The notes beneath the pieces are model-generated. The model ran no database searches. It was not told the origin of the DNA and was given only the letters and a program-made list of their open reading frames with translations. Positions 30,873 to 45,800 of a stretch of DNA of 64,000 bases are shown in pieces. The DNA comes from Paragordius varius. Taxonomy: Eukaryota; Animalia; Nematomorpha. The stretch covers positions 3,100,001-3,164,000 of the forward strand of contig OZ176053.1 in assembly GCA_964247055.1 (NCBI GenBank), in the 5' to 3' direction. Position 1 is the stretch's first letter. Each line of letters begins with the position of its first letter. The position numbers and the translations under genes are program-made.

Positions 30873-33800
30873 TTAACTCAAACTGCATTTGTGGGATGGA
30901 TTCATCTTTGAATCATATGGGCAGTTATAAGCAGAACCAAAGTTTTCGGAATTTTGAATTCCCCCAACCACCCTAAAAATATATCGTTTGTAAAAATAGG
31001 ATTATTATTGCAATTATAAACCTTTTGCACTTAAGTGTCTTTTAACACTTCAAGTTGGTCTTTAAACATTTAAAGCGTGTCTTTAAACCAGTGATACTTA
31101 GACCGCGGCATGCGGCCCCAAAAGTGCTTTTTGGCGCTGAATCATTTATTAATTTTTTTGATTGACTTATTTGGAGTCAAAATATCTGAAGAGCTGTGAA
31201 AACTTATCGGTATTATCACCCTTGAGGCAAGATAAATATTTTTTTGCCTTTTAATATATTTTGGCGAGTACCACTGCCTTATACATTTCAAGTTGGTCCT
31301 TGAAGGGAAATGGTATATTTTGGAAAACCAACGAAATACCTGAATCGATTTGGACTATGTGAGTCGCCTGAAAGTCCAATATGGGCGACAGCCTTATCCT
31401 CATTATTCTCACACCATAGCTAAAGATTATTGATACATAGTTATAATGGAAATAAATTGTCATTAAAGCTATTTGATTGAGACTTTATGTTAGGAAAGCG
31501 ATATTTAATCTACTGGATTTACGCTTTAAAGATGATATTTATTTAGAAATTAACATTTAAATTATTTTTTGGATCAAAACAATTTAAAGATATTTTATTT
31601 AGTAAAATACTCAAATATAATAGATATTTAAATTTGTTGTATTAGAGTAAAGTAAATAATTAAATTCAAAAAATTTACATTGGCAAATCCCAAATAAAAC
31701 AGTTTTATGGGATGAGTATCAAATCCGGGGATATTGGAATGCAAAGGTTCAGTAAAATTTTTGGATCTCAAGACAAGTGCCTGTTTGAGATTAAATAATA
31801 TATAAAAATTGGTTAAATTTAGGCTCAAAAATGTTATTATGGCATTTTGAATAGAGGAAACCACACTTGAGGTCCAAACCAAAAATTGAGCATTATTTTA
31901 TTTGGAGAAATAGTTAAGAAACTGACGTTAGCAGTTTGATTTTTTACGAAATTACGCGGTAAATTTTTATCAATGAATTAGCTGAAAAATATTATTTAAT
32001 GGATAATAATTAAAGTTATATATTAAATTATTTTTTATATATTCGAATGCAGATCAAATGAGATGCAAAATTCAATATTTTAAAAATATGAATCATTTTT
32101 TATGAAACAATGACTTTTTCAATTTTAATTAAAAATAAAGAACTTTTTTATATAATTTATCTAATTCGCAACTTTTCCGAATTAAAAACCCGACTATTAA
32201 AAATCAACTTTTGGGCTAATCCCAAAAATTACCCCCATTTGTTGATTCTGTAAGGTAATTTTCTCCATCCAAATTAGAAAAATTTGAATTTTGACAATAT
32301 ATATATTATATATTTATGTATATAAATATGAATTATATACCCTGAAAGCTGTTTCTAGACCTATATTATCGGCAATATTTTCGGATAAAGTGAAATTACC
32401 ATTCACCTAAAAAAATATAATAAAAAAATTCTTATAAATGTTTTTATATTATCAACGTTTTATATGAATTAATTTTTGTTTAGAATATGGAAGCAAAAAG
32501 ACGTTTGATCCTAAAATAAAGAGTTTTAACTAAAATTAGAGCAAAATAATTTTTATGGAACCAAAACTATAACCTTTTTAGAGTTGTTGCAAAATACTAT
32601 GCCCGAACTGTTAAAGAAAATTGATTTTGTTCTTTATTGTTGTTCTATTAAATTTATTAACTTAAGCTATTCATTTTTGTTTTCGAATAATAACTTAATA
32701 GATCAATAAAATTTAATTAAATATATTTTGTAAATCTGCTGTGTTTAGCCGATCTTTTTATAAAAATCACAGATATCTTAAAAATACAATATTATAGATG
32801 CAGTCAACGGCAAATTTAAAAGTTGTCAATTATTTTATTATTATTGATTTCTTTATCCTATTTTATAGTACCATCTTTACAAGTGCCCTACTTGATCAAG
32901 ACTATGTGTTTTATATAATATAATAACAATCTATTCATATTTTAACACTAAAACATAACGGTTTTTTAATTTTGTCTCTAGTGATTATCCCCCCCCCCCC
33001 GGTTCTTTCCTCGTAAAAGGATAATAGAAAAAACAAGAGGCGTAACAAGTTGCAAATGATTAAAAGCTTTCTTATCGTTAGTCGAGATAGTGCAAAAACT
33101 CGTATGCCAAATATCAGATTCTTAGAAAGATATAATACATTAAAAGTTTCGGTATATCTTATCAGCATTTTTCGACATGTTCGATTTTAAATATTAATTT
33201 AGGGACCGTATAAAACCATGTAATAATATATTGATATATAATTGCGCACACATAGCACATTTATATCTTTCATTTGGTCGGGAACATTTCTATTTTGTTT
33301 TTACATATTAAACCCCTCATGATTTTTTTTAAAAATGATCACTACTGTAATAATACCTGTTCATCATTGACCGAATAGTTAAAATATTGACTAGAAAGGC
33401 ATAAAGCAAGATTTTTTATATGATCAAAATTTTTGCCATTATTTTGAGGGTAGAGTGATCCAGTTTCGTCATATTGTATGCCTAAGAATATTATAATTTT
33501 AAAAAGGATAAAATTAACGGATTATGATTGATGATAATTTTATTTTTTGGTATGAATTAGTTTAAATCAGATATCAAAAAATAAACTTTACACACTGATA
33601 AAATAAAACTAATTTATGAATATAAATTTGAAATAATATAAATATATTCACAATCAAACCCATGTATCAATTTATAGTGATTAAATCAATAAAATTGTTA
33701 TACATTCCTATCCTTTTAAAAAATTTAATTTTTATGTCGCACCGATAATAAAACCTAACGAATATAGAAATTTAAGATAATATCATTACCTTTTAAAACC

Positions 33801-36800
33801 TGATCAATTTATAAACGATTTTTTAATTAATAATATAAAAAGTTTGACATTTTTTATTCGTATTTGTAAATAATTTAAATTTTTTTCATAAGGTATCATA
33901 TTACCTATGCTATCGAACCCATGGGATAATTCATGAGCCAAAACAAAACCCATCACACCATAGTTATAAGCTCTAGCAAAAGAATAAAATATTTTTATAT
34001 TGGATATAAGATAAAACCATTTGGAAAAATAAAGATGATTACATTATGTGTTTGTATAGAAAGGGTGATTTAAGGATTCCGGCTGGTATCACTATAAAAA
34101 GTAAAATATATTATAAGGAAAAACATTGAATTTTTTGAGAAATGAAATTTTTTTACAATCATGAGTACATACCCATTTGATTGGCCCCAGGTTTATAATA
34201 TGCGTTAACGGTTAAGGGTGGGAAATCCCAGGATTCCGGATCATAGCGTTCAAACAAAGATTCGATAATCTTTTTAATCAAAAATTTTTTTACGCGCAAT
34301 TGATTACCAAAATAATTCCCGACTTCAATATTCAACTATAAGATTGGTGTATAATTAAAGAAAATTTAAGCATAGGAAATATGAAAATGTTACGCAAAAA
34401 AAATGATTAAAAATTTATGCTTTAAACTTACAGTAAAAATTGAAGTTATACGGAGAAAATGTAAAAATGACAAATCGTTTTCCAAAGACCGCTTACTTTT
34501 TACTTGATTTTTTAATATAACTCATGAAATAGAGTTGTATATTGGTAACGAAATCAATTATGTATTTAATCGTAAATCATTTATTTATAAAAAAAATTAA
34601 GGTTTATAAAAAGTATGGTTGTCGCTTGAAAAAAAAACAACTGTCCTTATATTTTTACGTTTTGTCCAAATAATTTTTATTTTTATTGATAAATTATATA
34701 ATTTTTGAATAAAAAAGTTACTCCATCGTAATAGGTATCAAGGGCGGTTATATTCATGAGATAATCATTGAATCCAATTTTTTCACGCATTTTATCCAAC
34801 TATATACTATAAATCAAATATACTTTTTTGTCAATTCGGTCTTTTATCGTACTGTCCATATTGGGATATTTTATTATGGATTCAAACGCTGATTTAACAT
34901 TCCGAAACATATTCTTTACCTATTATATTTTTTATAAATTTTAATTTAATATTTGTCTGAGTTTTCAAAATCATTGGAACACGGTTTTCGGTATAATAAT
35001 AATTATATTAATAATAATCTAAAACCATATTATCTCTATAAAATCATTCTGGCAAAACTAATTATCATATGTATATATATAAGTTAATTTAGTACAATTT
35101 TATGGGTATACCATCATTTTCCAGCCCCTATTTTGAAAAAAATAGAGTGCTGAGAAGGTCTATAAATTAATGATTATTTTTATATGTTGGATTTCTTTTT
35201 AATTTTTCTTACACTTGGCAATGATCAACAGGGCTTCAAACAACAAAAAATTTATGTGAAATCGGAATCAGTTTTTGGGAAACACTATTAATATTTTCCT
35301 GAAATATTGACAGATGGAAGATATTAATGTATCGTAAGTGTTAAAAACAAAACACCATTAGAATCTAGATACATTACCACAGATATATATTTCATACGAA
35401 TATTTTTGTGTGCATTATCCAGCTTATATAAAAATTCTTAATGCGCTATCTCAGAATTTTCCTTTTAAGGATATGATATTTATGTGTTTGTCATTATTAA
35501 ATTCTGCTAACAATTTGTAATAATATAACCGAAAGGTATTTCGACTAAAACATGATTATTGAACTTAGATATCATTTGGCTCAAAAAGCTGTTTTTAAAA
35601 ATTATATAATAATAAAGTAAATTATTTTATATTCTTTTGCATCTTTTTAGCGGTTTAAAAATGTTTAAAATAAAATTTTGGCAGACAAAAGTTAGAATCT
35701 ATATAAGGGGTAGTTTAAAAGTTGGATGTATAAGTGATAAAATGATGCCAAACATATTTATGGGGTTTGGGCATATAGAGAGGGGAGAGCATTATACTAC
35801 AAAGAAGATGGATATGTTTAAAATCGAGGGTAAAAGAGGGATAGGTCGATTAATAACAAAGTGGACTATTAAAAAAAGCTGGAGTTAAGAGTCGAGAATG
35901 CTCAGAATAGGGTATGGGTATGGATTGAGGGATATGACACTGGTTAATGAGGAATAGCATGCTGCGTATTCTGCGCCCTAGGGGATTAAGAAAAATATTC
36001 TGCTGAAATATATATATATATATATATCTTTACATAAAATATATCAAGATTATGATGGTGTTTTTGGTTTGGGATTTTAAGTGATCTAGCAAATTTATAT
36101 ACTTTTGTGGCAACTGGTTTACATAAAATGGGAAACATGTGCACACTTTATTAAATTAAAATGTATCATTCTTAAAATATCACTAAAATATTTCATAAAT
36201 TACCTAAAAAACACAATATTTTTATAAAATTTAAATTTTAGATGTAGCTTCCGAAAGTCCTATTTTTTTGCCCTTATGAAATGGGCTTTTTCTCTTAAAA
36301 TAAACGCAAAAGCGGTTGTGCGATAAAAAATTTAAATATATGCTAAAATTTGACATCAAAAAAGTTTCCCAAAAAATATATATTTTAGTTAAAAATTTGG
36401 CAAAATTTTGTTGAAGGGTACCTCATACTATTTTGAGGCTTGATGGAAATTGTACAAAAACACTTTAAGATATTAAAAATTGTTTTTATAAAATTCAATG
36501 ATGCCAAACATTACTCTCACCTCAGACTTTTAATTTACAGGTTAGTTAGCTTTAAAATTTGAGTAAATATTTGTAAAAAGCACAAAATTTTGACGAACGA
36601 ATATTAATAATAATTAGGAAGTGATAAAAATGTTTGTAAATATCGAAAAAAATGTTTTTATGATATCTCAAGCGTTTTTATGCAATTTGCATTATGCCCT
36701 AATAAAGTACGCTTCAACAATATATAATTTTATTTTGAACAAAGTTTTTTCAAAAAAAGTTTTCTTAATGCCATAATCCAGCTTATATTAAAGTTTTTTC

Positions 36801-39800
36801 ATAGCAATATCTCGGGATTTTCAAACTTATTTAAGAAATCTAGCCCATTTTGGCGAAGAAATGAGAGTTTAGGAGCCCCCATTAAAACATTATATAAATA
36901 TTGCTTTGCTTTATAAATATAGTCTATCATATATTTTTATAACATTTTTTGGAATAAAGCTTTTTTTTAAAAATTATTTATATAATGCGGTAATTTTGCG
37001 TTTCTCAATATCGAGAAATTGCCACAAATGTAGCTGTTATATGTTCATGAGAATCCTGATAAATTTATCTAACAGAATAGAAATATATTTAATCAGTTTA
37101 TGGCTGTGTTATTATTACATATTTAAAATATGGCACCAATTTTAAAATATGCATTTATAGGGTTTTAACACTTCGATTCAAATTGGGGTATCTAAATACC
37201 CCAGACTAAATTTGAGTTAAGATTTTTAAAAACTACTGAAACAAACGGCCTCAATTTAAATTCATTCTTTTATCCTAATAATACTAATATAAATATGCCA
37301 AAATATCTAAATAAAATTAAATTTTGAAAAAATTCCATGTCAAACTACTTCGACGCCATTTTTATTTTTACAAAATTTTTGCAAAATATCGCCTTTATTT
37401 AATTTTAAGGGTAAAATTAAAGCTTTTTTTTTATTTTAATAACATTTAATATTGATAGAAATCGAAAAAGCGGTTTATTTTATATTATTTTTTAATTTTA
37501 CCATTTCACACATGTCACGTTGACGAAATTTTACCTTTCGGTTTTAGCTTAAAATAAGTAATATCAAGTATTTTTGAATAAATTTTTTTATATATTTCAG
37601 TTTATTAATGTTATTAAGTGCAAAATTTTGCCATGGTTTTGATTCCTTCCATATTTTTTAATTTATTCAATTTTAAACAGGCCTGGGGTATTTAGCTACC
37701 CCAATTTGAATCAAAGGACTAAAATGAATGTGTTGTATCCAAGTGTTAAACTCAAAAAATATTTCTAAAATATAATGAACTCATGTCGCACTTTTTGGCC
37801 GACATTTGTTTGGATTTTTATATTTACAAAAAATTAATTATTTAAAATTCAAAAAGCAGTAAAAAAGTGGGCGCAGTGCAGGCGCAGTACTTCTGAAAAC
37901 CCAGTACTTAGCCTCACTGGTCACATTATATTATAGTGAATTTCTAATTAATTATTAGGCTTTTTTGGGTCTTTCTTGCAATTTGTACATAGATCAATAA
38001 ATAAATAAATACAGTTATGTATCCTTTAATTAATCAAAAATTTATTTATTTTGTTAAATGGATATAAATATTTGGTAAAGAATGGAAAAAACAAGAGCTC
38101 TATGGTGATTCTTATACTTATTTGATGAATATGATATTGTTATAATATTATAGAGCTCTTGTTTTTTTTCATGCTTTACCAAATATTTATACCCATTTAA
38201 CGAAAAAAAATAAATTTTTGATAAAATAAAGGATACATGATTGTAAATATATTAAAATTTATAGATTAAACAGATAAACCTTCACGCCTAGTGGTTGTAT
38301 ATTTGGCCTTCGATTTGATGGGTGAATATTATAAATTATTAAATTTGGACAAAAATTGCACTGACGATGAAATAAAAAAAGCGTATATTATTATATTAAT
38401 TTTTAGATATCGCAAGCTTGCTTTAAAATGGCATCCAGACAAAAATCCTGAAAATAAAACTGTGGCAGAAACCAAATTTAAAGAAATATCAGAAGCATAC
38501 GAAGTTTTGTCTGACAGTATATTAAAATCCTAATTTACAGAAAATAAACGATCTTTATATGATAGATATGGCAAAAAAGGACTATCTAGGAGTCATTCTC
38601 CGGCTCCTGGAAACGATGATGATTTTGATATATTTAATAACAATTCCTTTATTTTTACCACGAATGGAAACATGGGTGGTTTTCATTTTGCATTTAAGGA
38701 TCCCATGGATATATTTAGAGAATTTTTTGGTGGCTCAGATCCATTTAGCATGTTTGAAAGTAATTTTATAAAAATTTGTAATATTTAAATTTTTTATAAT
38801 TATATTGCTTTTGAATTTAGCTCGTGTATCTACTCGCCCATCTTCCATATTCTCCACATTTATGAACGATGATGACGATGATTTTATAAATGGATTTTTT
38901 GGCACACGCACAAGGTAACATAATTACTCATTTGCGTTTTCTATATTTTTTTAGTTTACTGATTATCATGCATGATAATCTCTGAAAATTAATTGAGTTT
39001 TTAGTAGTAACAATCGCACATTATCTTTATCAGAAAGTACGGAAGCTTATGGTCTTTATATTAATCTTTGCAATAGAATAAAGAGCTGTTTATAAAAATC
39101 CACACTATCCGCCAAACAGTTTTTTATTACTGCATTTTGTTTGTCGATTTTCCCATATACATTTTGATTACATACATATTTTAGCCTTCCTCTCCACAAT
39201 TTATTTTCATTTGGTGGTTCTTTTGGAGGAGCGGATCCATTCTTTGCATCGGCTTTTGGGGGCGGCAGCCATGGAATTCACTTTTCTTCCCCATTTACTG
39301 CCTCCTCAGTTAATAATAACGCAAATAGGCAGCAGCACCATAATGCTAATCATCGCCGTGCTCCTAACCACAATGGGAATAATCATAGACATCCACATTC
39401 AAGTAGTCAGCATCATTCATCAAAAAGTGGGCATAGTAGCCCTTCGGCTCAAAATAATTTACATCATAACAACAATAGCAGTAATCATCGAAATGGGAAT
39501 GCTGGAACGAGTAGCCATCATAGGTATAATATTTTGGTAAGAAAATTAAGTTGGATCAGGAAAAGTCTGCTCTTTTAATATTTTGAGTGATCTTATTAAT
39601 TGATGTCATTTTTCTTTACGCTTATCTTTTACCATAACATACATATTTTTTTAACTTAATGATATTCACGTTATTTAATTCATTATATTTTTTGTAATTT
39701 CATAATTCTTACATCTTGTTGTATTTTACTTTATTAACCTTCTAGAAATAGCTATTAGCGCATATAATTTCCTTAGCTTTATTTTTCCTTTTGTTCTCAT

Positions 39801-42800
39801 AAAAGATTTGAACACCCAACGACATCCTCCTCCTCTAATTCTAGATCATTCGGTTCTAAACATTCACGTAATCGCAATAATAGTAATCACAATATGTCAA
39901 ATCACGTCTTTAATAATAATGGTAGTACACACCAGCAATCATCAGAAAAGATGCCACATAATCCTAGTCCTCAACCACAGAGTTTTAATGCTAACAAAAA
40001 CAACCCATTCGCATCTAATGCCTATGAGTCATATCAACATACGAATGGTGCACACACTAATGGGTATGGGCGAGATGGTATTCCTTCCTACCAATCAAAT
40101 AACCACACCTCTGACTCAGGTTATTACCATTTTTTAAGAATCTTTCAAGATAAAAATGTATTCAGATCATGCTTTTTAGGTGAGCATAATTGTATAAAAT
40201 TTTTCTATTTTCCAGTGTTTACCTGCTCAAAAATACAGTTACAGTTATAGAATTTTAACGATTAATTTAAGAGTCGCACTTTTTATATCATGAATGTAAT
40301 GTATATTATAAAAATAATACATTATGTTGTATCTTATAATTTAGGTTTAGCAAATGGCGGAGCTGGTGTCGCCAAAAAAACGACAACAAACACAAAAATG
40401 GTGAATGGGAAAAAAGTAGTAACGAAAAAGTAATTATTTTACTTTGTATTATTCCTATTTCTTTTGTTTTATAAGTAATTATATTATACGATGTACCAAA
40501 CACCATTTTTACATATTTTTTGTAATCACCCATTTGTTAAGGCATACCCCCAAATGTTGCAATTTGCTATGATATATATACGGATAAACACATGCACACA
40601 CATTTTATTACGGTTTGTTTGGTTTTGTTTAGTTTAAAATACTTTGAGTTTCTTTTTTACATTTGTTTCACCCGCTGACATTTATTAAATTGATTGGAAA
40701 AGTCTCTAAATTCATCTCTTCCTGCATATCTATATTTAACCCTTTCAAATATTTTGTTAGCACGCATGTCATGTTTCTTAAACCTTGTTTTGGCATTAAT
40801 GCATCACTACATTTGCTATAATTTATTATTTTTAAATTGCTTTATTTTATTTTTAGAGTTTTTGAACGGGGCTTAGAAACCGTTACTATAACAGAAGATG
40901 GCAATTTGGTGTCCAAAACAATTAATGGCATAGCTCAAGCTTTAACTTGAAATTTTTTTGTGTGTTTGTTTCATCATACTTTTTTGTTTCAAAAAAAGAG
41001 ATAAATTTTATTTATCAGAAAAAACTTGTCGTTTGTCAATGGTTAAATGAATACCATGTTATATATATAAAGGCTGTATTTTTATCATTAAATTATGCTT
41101 TAAATAAATAAATATTAAAATGTATGATAATATTAACCTCATCTCTGGTACCATTGTCAAAATAATTGCGTATGTATATGACTCCGATGGGCGTTCCAAA
41201 TATTTTATTAGTTTCTTCTAAACAATTTGCTTCTTTGCTGACTTTATTCATCACGGATGTCGTTATTAATTCTTTTGGCAAATATTTTATCAATTCATTA
41301 ACCAATCGCCATACCATATAATCATGTAAAACCCTAATAAAATCACAATTTTTATTGATAAATGTACACAATTATTATTTTTGGATGAACTTTCTAAATG
41401 GGATTTCCAAAATTTTTTTGCTATGCACAAAGTTGTAACCTAATTGTAATTAAATTTAGATTATAAGAAAAGTATATAAATTATTGTAGGTACATTGGAT
41501 GTTAAGTTTTACCTGCACTTATTTTATAATTATGCGTTTTTTATAAATTATAAAGTTATAGTTAATATTTTATAATAATCGGCTGTTTAGCGCACTTAGA
41601 TTCGTTGCATTTATTTCTCTTATCGTTTGACCCAAATATTTGCGAACTGACCCGTCTTCTGACAACCAAATAGTATAAAAACGGCCTTAAACGATTTTAG
41701 TGTTAACAGCCAAAAATATTAAAAATTGGTGATATATTTACAATATCATAAGAGCAGAATCCATTCTTTATGAAAGTTTTATGGTTATTTCGTTTAGTTT
41801 TTATGACAACACTATAGATAGCGATAGACAAATATAAAGATAGTTAAATAAAGGATATTTTTGATTAAACTCAAACTTGTTTGATTTTTAAAACAATTTA
41901 TCTCTTATTATACAAACATCTTTGGTTTAAAATGTGATCCGCGCCAACATCCACGCTGTTTATATTCATTTTTCCCAATTTTCGTAAAAACATTTTTTCT
42001 CATCAATCGTTTACTTCGAAAACCAATATTGTTAATTTGTATCTCATTTTGTATCAAGATAAAGATAATTTAATGTATTATAATGTACTCTTTTTTATTG
42101 TCCATATAGTTTTGAAGTAAAGCGGGCAGGTTTTCAAAATAACTTTTTGGTGATATTTCGATACTTAGATTTTCGATGGGCACTGATGGCTTTATCCGGA
42201 ACTCTTTACAAAATGCATCTATTAGTCCTATCCATTTAATCTAAATAATTATTTCAATAATAAAACTTGGGGAACCATATTTTGCATTTCTTTGAGAGTT
42301 AATGTTTTGTCAAATTCTTTGGTTCCATATACATTTGGTGTTGGCATCATTAACTAAATTTGTTTTAAGTTAAAGACATAAGAAATGAATATTCGAGATT
42401 AATTTAATAATAATTACATGTTAAAACTAATTTTTTGCCTTCATTATAACCACATTATATTTTTTTATTTTTTATTGGAGTAAGCTATGAAATATAAATT
42501 CTCAATTATATATAACTAATACGACTAAAAATACTAATATTGATTGATAATATTTATGAGATTTTGACTCTAAATTTCTACTTATTTTTTCAGCGTTTTT
42601 CTTTTTAATTATATTGTAATTCGAAATATGACCCCCAAATATATCATTCATTATATTATCAATCTAATAGAAAAATTAATAATTGATAAGCGGCTTGTTC
42701 TAGATGTGGTCAGTCATTCAAATTTATAATTTTTAATTCCCCCAATGACCTAATACCAAGAGGCATTAAATTTGGCAAAATAATGAAACAAATATAATTT

Positions 42801-45800
42801 TTAAACTCAATGACTTAGGTATCCTTACCTTGGCCATAGCTATTTCAAATTCCAAAACTTGAGACATGCGTTTTTCACTTTCCGCTTCATTCATTCCCAC
42901 AAACTGTGCAATTTGAATCATAACTTTAAGGTAATTTGTCAGGATTATTTGCTCCACGGCTGTCTTACTTTGATAAACAAAAAGGGGAAGAGTTAAACCA
43001 CCCTGGGTAGCTTGCAATATCATAACCGATGAATTATAATCATTTTGTATGATAGCTAAATCAAAGAATAAATCTATCCCATACAAACGAGAAACGTAAT
43101 CAAACTCATGATCAAAATCGAATTGGAGAGGAGGTTTTTGCGCTGCTAATCCAATAATTTGTTTTAAAATATCTATCGGAGTAGTCCCCGAATGTTTTTT
43201 GAATCGATCTTTATTTACATGATGAGAGGTTTTCGAAAATAGTTTTGTAATCAAATTTTCTTCGTTGAATGGTGTTGGCTTGATGTATTTACTATTATTT
43301 TTGGAGAAAACAAATATAGTCCGTGGATCAACATTGTCCAAAGGTTTAGACATAAAAGACCCTTTAAGCCAATCGGGTGCGATATCTTCAATAATTTTTA
43401 TAAACATTTTGATTTGTCGCAAATAGTTAAACCGAATTGTCTCCACGTCTGTCATATCTTCCGCCAAACATGAATTATAAAATGCTTTAGCCTTCTTTTG
43501 ACTTACACTCATGTTTTCTTTTGGAAATGCTAATTAAAAACAATAATATATTATCATGAGTTTTGATTTAGTAATACAATAATATGTAGCATTATTTGTG
43601 ATTTTCCGGGCTTCTTTCGCCGTAAGAAAGATTTGGCTTTAAATTGATTTTGATATTTAATTTATATCAAAATCCAAAATTTTAGAATTTATACTATAAT
43701 ATATATTATTTTTGAAATTTAACCCATTTTTATTTATACAAAAAGGGAAATATTTGTTAAGTAAAAATTTTTCTAGCCTTAAATTAATATTTAATAAGTA
43801 TTGATAATTGTTTTAGTACTGGTTAATATATCTTTGGTGATCTCAAAGTTTTGCAAGGCAAGGTATTCGAAATCATTGGACAATTGTATAAATTCATGCC
43901 TCCTATCTGTTCGCCAACTGCCACAAGCATATTCATAAAAGTCTTGGCACGGGTCCACGCTTTTATTCCGGAACGATATTAGCCGTGATGCTAAATGGAT
44001 ACATTCTTCTTCTTCACATGTTTTAGCTAAAAATATAGTGTGTCAAATTAAGATTCAAAATTATAAATATTCAGTTTAGCAGAGGTATTTAAACCGCGGC
44101 CCATGAGCCCCATGCAGCCCTAAAAGTTATTCATTGAATTTTTATGTGCCTATTTGGAGTAAAAATATCTGGATATGTGTCAAATATCCGATGCAATATT
44201 TGTCGTTTGCGGTGGTTTTATAATTTATACGGCTCTTTAAATATTGGTCCACTGGTTTAGAGTCTCGCTTTTTTTTATTAAAAGGCAAAATCTTAGAGTT
44301 TAACACTCGCTTGCCCAGGGCTGACAGTGATGTGGAATTGCGTAGTTTTCGGGTTCGAACTCTGGTACTTCATAAACGCAGCGTAAGTGTCTGAAGCCCT
44401 AACTACTGCCATAAGAAATAGATTAACAGTTTTTTTAAAAAAACTATAAAAATATAATTTTTAAAATTTTTAGGATTTCCTTTTTAGGAATCTAATAACA
44501 TTGAAATTTACGTTCCATGCAAGGAAAATAAACCCGTAAGACTGATTTAATCTGCGATAAATATGAGAATTATTGTTCCTTTTTTATGAAATGTAGCCTA
44601 AATAGACAAATTAATTCTGAGATATATAAATTTATGTGTTAAGTAAAGCATCAAAAATGAATAAACCTTTTTAAAATAAATTAAGAATATAAATTTGTTA
44701 AGAGCGCGAAAGTTTTATATATAATTATTTTTACAAAATAACTTGGTTTTTACCGTGCCTTTTCTTAACAAACTAGGATTCACCTTCGGTATTTAAGAAA
44801 GAGAAAAAATTATTTTTTGGGTGCAATTGGCAACAATAAAATTTAAATCGAAAATTTATATGAAAAATAATTTTGTATGGATATAAAAAGTATTCCCACC
44901 AAAAAATAAATATCATATGTTTGTATTTCAAATTAAAAGGGCCCTGTTTTGATATATATTTTTGAAAAAAACTACCAAACTTTAATATCTTTCAAAATAT
45001 ATAAAGTGCATAGTAATTTTACATTTTCGCGGCCTCATTTTTTAAATACAGACTCAAACATATCTGAATCATAATATTAACTATTGCGATCTTTACCTAT
45101 TTTGAAATATAAATAAAATGTTTGCGCAAATCCGTTAAAAAGACCGATGAATTTCTTTTATGTAGCGTTTTCTTTATTTTAGTTTTTAAAAGCTGCAGAT
45201 TTACACATAACTTTGTGCATTTGATTTGAATACATTAAATATTATGGTATTAAAAAAATAAACGACCAATATAGAAACAAAGTATAATTAAAATATGGGT
45301 TTTTTTAAATAGTACTGTTAATTTTTTTCATATTAGAGAATCACCAATTTTCCTTCATATTAAGTCTCCCATTTTTAAATTATAAAATATTAAAAATTCG
45401 CGTTCAACTTAAATCAGACATGCATAGATAATAGTGTAGACATTATTGATTCGTAGTAATTAGGGTTTAAAAATCAATAGAAGGATAAAAATAATAAACC
45501 CAAATAACAAACATACTTATAGAAGGTATCTAATTAGAAGCATTGTGAAAACAATTTTCTTTGATTAGAAATCGACGCATCCGCCTTTTTATACCAAATA
45601 CGTAGCATATAGTTAGAAAAGACAGTAATAAATAAATTAAAAAATTTGTTGGAAATAAAAAGTTATTTTATAAAATGCGAAGATTAGAATTGTAAAATGG
45701 ATGATCCTCTCAATGATTGCTTTAAATGATAATGAAGGTAACATCTTTTGATTCTTATACTGAGAGAGATATTTAATTTATATAGCCCGTTACAGTAAGA

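Noticed and set aside
39211-40137. Hydrophobic ORFs 39211-39540 and 39808-40137 (+)
   Set aside because: Alternative frames of the His/Asn-rich DNAJB6 exons; Ile-rich by codon shift.
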